DNA of 64,000 bases, from assembly GCA_963747825.1 (NCBI GenBank), contig CAVVGQ010000009.1:438881-502880 (forward strand). Direction: 5' to 3'. The notes under the pieces are model-generated. The model made no database searches, had not been told where the DNA came from, and saw nothing but the letters and a program-made list of their open reading frames with translations. The position numbers and the translations under genes are program-made. Positions 59,542-64,000 of this stretch are shown here, in pieces (position 1 is the stretch's first letter; the number at the start of each line of letters is the position of its first letter). This DNA comes from an uncultured Acidimicrobiales bacterium (GTDB lineage Bacteria; Actinomycetota; Acidimicrobiia; Acidimicrobiales; RAAP-2).

Positions 59542-59997
59542 CTAGCGGGACAGCCAGGCGTCGGGATCGGTGGTGAGCTTGTTGACCGACTGGGGAAGCG
59601 CACCGCTCACGATGTCGGCGATGCTCACCTGCTCGAGGACCAGCCGGAGGCTGGCCCGCACCGCGATCCACACGGTTTGGAGGTGCTCGGCCGCCCCTTC
59701 GTAGTTGGCCGCTTCTGGCCTGAGGCCGCGGACCTCGGCCAATGGTCCGTCGAGAGGCCGGATCACATCGGCGACGGTGATGGAAGAAGCCGGTCTGGAC
59801 AGCCGGTAGCCTCCCTCGGCGCCCCGCTGGCTGAGGAGCAGCCCGGCCCGGCGCATGTCGTTGAGGATGCTCTCGAGGAACTTTGCCGGGAGACCTTGTG
59901 ACTGGGCCAGCGACTCGGCGGTCACCGGGCGCTCGCCGGCGTCAGCCAGGGTGCACAGGGCTCGCACGGCGTAGTCGACCTTCGCAGAGATGTACAC
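59542..59997 (-). CDS. Rrf2 family transcriptional regulator
   Basis: The N-terminus (V)YISAKVDYAVRALCTLA is the Rrf2 signature. GTG at 59997. Confidence 0.85.
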   Translation of the reverse strand: MYISAKVDYAVRALCTLADAGERPVTAESLAQSQGLPAKFLESILNDMRRAGLLLSQRGAEGGYRLSRPASSITVADVIRPLDGPLAEVRGLRPEAANYEGAAEHLQTVWIAVRASLRLVLEQVSIADIVSGALPQSVNKLTTDPDAWLSR

Positions 59998-60091
59998 GGG
60001 AGTGATTCTGTCAGAGGTTGTCCGCCTGCCGCGGAATCGGGCCCCGACGCCCTCAACTTTCCAGCCTCGGAGTGCGTCGCGCCCGAGCCCT

Positions 60092-60730
60092 TCAGGCGCC
60101 CAGCCGCTCGCCCAGGCGCTTCCGGTGGGCGGGCCACTCGGGCGCCAACATGGAGAAGACGGCCGAGTCCCGTACCGTGCCGTCGGCGGCCGGCATGTCG
60201 GCCCGGAGCACGCCGTCGAGGCTGGAGCCCAGTCGTTCGATGGCCGCCCGCGACCGCGGAATTGCGGGCGTCGGTCTGGAGCCGCACCGCCCATACCTCC
60301 CACGGTCTCGAAGGCATGGTCCATCATCAGCAGCTTGGCCTCGGTGTTGATCGGGGTCCGCTGGGCCCGCGGCTCGAGCCAGGTGTAGCCGATGGAGGCC
60401 ACGTCGGGACGGTCGTGGCGCTGCCGGGACTCGGATCCGGGGCTCCGCGCCGACCAGTCCCAGGGGGTCAGGTCGTAGAAGCGGGTCGACCCCACGATCC
60501 GCTGCATGGCCACGCTGACAGTTGACGAACGGGCACCTGCTCGCCGGCCGGCGTTTGCTCGATGGCCTGTCTCGACGTAGCCGGTCATGGCGTCCCGGTC
60601 TCAGGGGACCGGGGTGTACTCGAAGGTCGACCGGTCCCTGTCGGCCGCCTCCAGCAGACCCGTCGACGTGTTCGATCTGCATGGGCAGGAGGTGGACGAA
60701 GCGCCCCTGCAGCGTGAACGGTTCGGACAT
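60092..60730 (-). pseudogene. GNAT family N-acetyltransferase (RimJ/RimL-like), multiple frame breaks
   Basis: Fragments MSEPFTLQGRFVHLLPMQIEH, RIVGSTRFYDL, IGYTWLEPRAQRTPINTEAKLLMMDHAFE and RSRAAIERLGSSLDGVLR are distributed over three frames. Confidence 0.6.
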
Positions 60731-60809
60731 GACTCCAGTCTCGCAGAGCGGGTCCAGCCGGAATCCAGATGGAGCACGGCTCGAGCCGGGACCGGCGTTT
60801 CCGGCCCGG

Positions 60810-61680
60810 TCACTTGAGCAGACGGGACAGCCGGCGGTCGGCGAGGATCTTTCCTCCCGGTCTGGCAGGTGGGGCAGTACTGCATGGACTTGGTGGCGAA
60901 GGAGACCTGTCGGATGGTGTCGCCGCAGCTCGGGACAGGACTCGCCGGTGCGGCCGTGCACCTGCATCGGCCCGCTTCTTGTCGCCCTTGAGCTCGGCGA
61001 GACCGAGGGCCGAGGAGCGATCCACCGCTTCGTCGAGCACTCCGACCACTGCTCGTGGAGCCGGGCTACCTCCGCTCGTCGTCGAGGTTGGACGACTTCT
61101 TGAACGGGGACAGTCGGGCCCGGTGGAGGGCCTCGTCGGAGTAGGCGTTTCCTACTCCGGCGATCAGCGACTGGGTGGTGAGGGCCGTCTTGAGGGTGGC
61201 CGAGCTCCCGTGCAGCAGGGCTGGCCAGGCGGTCGACGGTGAAGTCCGGGCCGAGCGGGTCGACGCCCAGGGCCTGCCACCGGCCCGACGTCGGCCGGCG
61301 AGCGGACCACCCACAGGGCCAGGCGCTTCTCGCGTTCCCATCTCGGTGACGTCGAAGCCGCTGCCGTCCTCCAGCCGCACCCGGAGGGCGATCTGGCTCC
61401 GGCCCGGGCGGGCCGTGGTGGACGGGACGCTCTCGTACCAGCTGATCCATCCGCCCCGGGCCAGATGCACGACCAGCCACAGGCTCGCCGGCGTCGACGC
61501 AGACGAACTTGCCCCGCTCGCTCGACGCCGGTGACCGTCTGCCCTCCAGGTCGTCGAGGGGCGGATCCACCGTCTTCAGGGCGGAGAACGACGCCAGCTC
61601 GACACCGGTCGATGCGGCGGCCGGCCGAGCCGTCGGTCGAGGCCGGCGGCCAGGGCTTGGACTTCGGGGAGTTCGGGCAC
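60810..61680 (-). pseudogene. nei: Fpg/Nei family DNA glycosylase, multiple frame breaks
   Basis: N-terminal (V)PELPEVQALAAGL. H2TH region TLKTALTTQSLIAGVGNAYSDEALHRARLSP. Zn-finger remnants (CPSCG...YCPTCQ) and the tail ADRRLSRLLK lie in different frames. Confidence 0.75.
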
Positions 61681-61766
61681 AGGGCAATTGTGGACCCTCG
61701 GCGCCCGTAGTATCGCGGTCGGTTCCGAGCCCTCCGACATCCGCCTGACTCGAGAGGAAGTACCCG

Positions 61767-64000
61767 TTGTTCCGCCCGGTGCCCACCGACGCCGATTTCA
61801 CCGCCCTCGAGGCCGACGAGCTGGCCCGGTGGGCCGAGCACCGCGTCTTCGAGCGCTCGGTCGAGCTGCGGGACGGTGCCGAGCCCTGGGTGTTCTACGA
61901 GGGCCCGCCCACCGCCAACGGCCGTCCCGGCCTCCACCACGTGTGGGCCCGGGTCTACAAGGACCTGTTCTGCCGCTACCGGACCATGCGGGGCTACGCC
62001 GTGCCCCGCAAGGCCGGGTGGGACACCCACGGGCTGCCCGTCGAGGTCGAGGTGGAGAGGCAGCTGGGCATCACCGCCAAGCGGCCAGATCGAGGAGCGG
62101 TCGGCATCGCCGAGTTCACCCGCCTGTGCCGCCGAGTCGGTGCGCAACTACGTGGACGAGTGGAAGACCCTCACCGAGCGCATCGGCTACTGGATCGACA
62201 TCGACGCCGCCTACTGGACGTTCTCGTCCGAGTACGTGGAGTCGGTGTGGTGGAACCTGAAGAGCCTCTGGGACCAGGGCCTGCTCTACGAGGACATCAA
62301 GGTGGTGCCCTACTGCCCCCGGTGCGGCACCGCCCTGTCCAGCCACGAGCTCGGACAGCCCGACGTCTACCGTGACGTGGTGGACGAGTCGGCCTACGTG
62401 CGCTTCCCGCTGACCGACGAGGGGGAGGCCGCCGACCGCCTGCGGACGGCGCTCGGACGGGCACGCTTCCGGCCTGTCCCTCGTGGCCTGGACCACGACG
62501 CCGTGGACCCTGCTGTCCAACACCGGTGCCGCCGTCGGCCCCGAGCTCGGCTACGCCGTGGTCGGGAACGACCGTCGTGGCGGCCGACCTGGTGGCCGAG
62601 GTGTTCGGCGAGGGGGCGGCGGTCGACCACCGGCTGTCCGGGTCGCGAACTGGTCGGACTGCACTACGACCGGCCGTTCGACGACCTGGCGTCCCGGGAC
62701 CGGCCGATGCCGGCGCGACGGCTGGCGGGTGGTGGCCGGCGAGTTCGTGGAGGCCGACGAGGGCACCGGCATCGTCCACCTGGCCCCGGCCTTCGGCGAG
62801 GTCGACCGCCAGGTCGGGCGCGACCACGGCCTCCCCACCCTCAACCCGGTCGGTCCCGACGGGCGCTTCACCGCCGCGGTGCCCTGGCTGGCCGGCCAGA
62901 GCGTGCGGGACACCAACACCGAGATCAACGACCGGCTGGAGGCGGCCGGGCTCCTGCTCCGGCGGCACCCCTACTCCCACCCCTACCCCCACTGCTGGCG
63001 GTGCGGCACCGCCCTCATCTACTGGGGCAAGCCCAGCTGGTACGTGCGGACCTCGGACCGGAAGGCCGAACTGGTGGCCCAGAACCAGACCATCGGGTGG
63101 CACCCCGAGCACATCCGTGACGGTCGGATGGGGGAGTGGCTGGCCAACAACGTCGACTGGGCCCTGTCCCGCGACCGGTTCTGGGGCACCCCGCTCCCGA
63201 TCTGGCGGTGCGACGAGGGCCACCTCCGGTGCGTCGGCTCGCTGGCCGAGCTCTCCGAGCTGGCCGGCCGGGACGTGACCGGGCGTCGATCCCCACCGCC
63301 CGGCCATCGACGAGGTCACCGTCCCCTGCCCCGAGTGCGGACCCGGGTCCGGGCGAGATGCGGCGGGTGGAGCCGGTCATCGACGCCTGGTTCGACTCGG
63401 GGTCGATGCCGTCGGCCCAGTGGGGCTACCCGGTGGCCGAGGGTTCAGCCGAGCACTTCGTCTATCCGGCCGACTTCATCTGCGAGGCCATCGACCAGAC
63501 CCGGGGCTGGTTCTACTCGCTGCTGGCCGTCAACACGCTGGTGCGGGGGACCACCCCCTACCGCAACGTCCTGTGCCTCGGGCACATCGTCGACGCCGAC
63601 GGCCGCAAGATGTCCAAGAGCATCGGCAACGTCATCGATCCCTGGGAGATCCTCTCCACCCGGGGGGCCGATCCCCTCCGATGGTGGATGTTCTCCCAGG
63701 GCTCGCCGTGGACGCCGACCCGGGTCAGCTTCGAGGTCATCGACTCGTCTATGCGGGACACACTGCTCACGCTGTGGAACACGTGGTCGTTCTTCACCAC
63801 CTACGCCTCGCTGAACGGGTTCGACCCGGCCGACCCGGCCATCCCCGTCCCCGCCGACCGCTCGTTGCTCGACCGATGGATGCTCTCCCGCCTGGCGGCC
63901 ACGGTCGAGACGGCCACCGAGTCCCTCGACGGATACGAGCCGTTCCCGGCGGCCACTGCCATCGCCGAGCTGGTCGACGACATCTCCAACTGGTACGTCC
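61767..64000 (+). pseudogene. ileS: isoleucine--tRNA ligase, 5' part (runs off the window), at least eight frame changes
   Basis: FYEGPPTANGRPGLHHVWAR (HIGH region), AWTTTPWTLLSN, CWRCGTALIYW, KMSKS (GRKMSKSIGN). Segments alternate among all three frames. TTG start at 61767 follows GAGAGGAAG. Confidence 0.85.

Noticed and set aside
61681-61766. Possible T-box leader upstream of ileS (gtagtatcgcgg resembles the GGUGGUACCGCG T-box core; CCCUC...GAGAGG could sequester the SD)
   Set aside because: Only 9 of 13 core positions match. The intergenic space to divergent nei is 86 nt, too short for stem I plus a specifier loop. TAGTAT (61708-61713) is more simply the -10 promoter element. A cmsearch with RF00230 would settle it.
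1-64000. Prophage, integrative element, transposon or defence island
   Set aside because: No integrase, transposase, recombinase, reverse transcriptase, restriction, toxin-antitoxin or Cas-like products were recognised in any frame. No long terminal or inverted repeats were seen.

Overview
High-G+C Actinomycetota chromosomal segment. Lineage markers are an Rpf domain, a mycofactocin cluster, an F420/LLM oxidoreductase and an MMPL transporter. I recognised about 55 protein-coding genes. I found no rRNA, tRNA, CRISPR array, integrase or transposase. Main blocks, in order: (1) MFS-MerR operon, dienelactone hydrolase, and a lower-G+C patch of four uncharacterised small or membrane proteins; (2) a translationally coupled recC-recB-recD operon; (3) DoxX plus a Met-rich cupredoxin, PhoU and an LLM oxidoreductase; (4) a marR plus two-gene ABC exporter operon, aldehyde dehydrogenase and MMPL; (5) phosphatase, gabT, VOC protein and acyl-CoA dehydrogenase; (6) a two-component system with a GT2/GtrA fusion and a GT39 glycosyltransferase, divergent from a five-ORF operon (S/T-rich anchor, ApbE, di-haem ferric-reductase-like membrane protein, NuoF-like protein, ferredoxin) joined by 4-nt overlaps; (7) cspA and rpf; (8) a mycofactocin cluster mftA-B-C-E-SDR-F with mftR and an NDMA-type alcohol dehydrogenase, but no mftD; (9) rpiB, amidohydrolase, two SRPBCC genes, acyl-CoA synthetase, YihY, Rrf2, GNAT, nei/fpg and the 5' part of ileS. 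The most striking pattern is that reading-frame breaks are very unevenly distributed. There are only two in the first 44 kb. They are dense in 46.9-52.3 kb (every mft gene) and in 58-64 kb (including essential ileS). An intact 4-kb block lies between those two zones. This looks more like local sequence or assembly indel noise than biology, but reads are needed to decide. The uncharacterised system I consider most worth follow-up is the ApbE/di-haem/NuoF-like/ferredoxin operon, which has no recognisable flavinylation acceptor domain. Other candidates are a cupredoxin with Gln at a canonical His ligand position, a 45-nt intergenic repeat present twice, a 13-bp tandem repeat in a divergent promoter, and a long leader upstream of rpf. 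All product calls come from motif recognition by eye; no database search was run.
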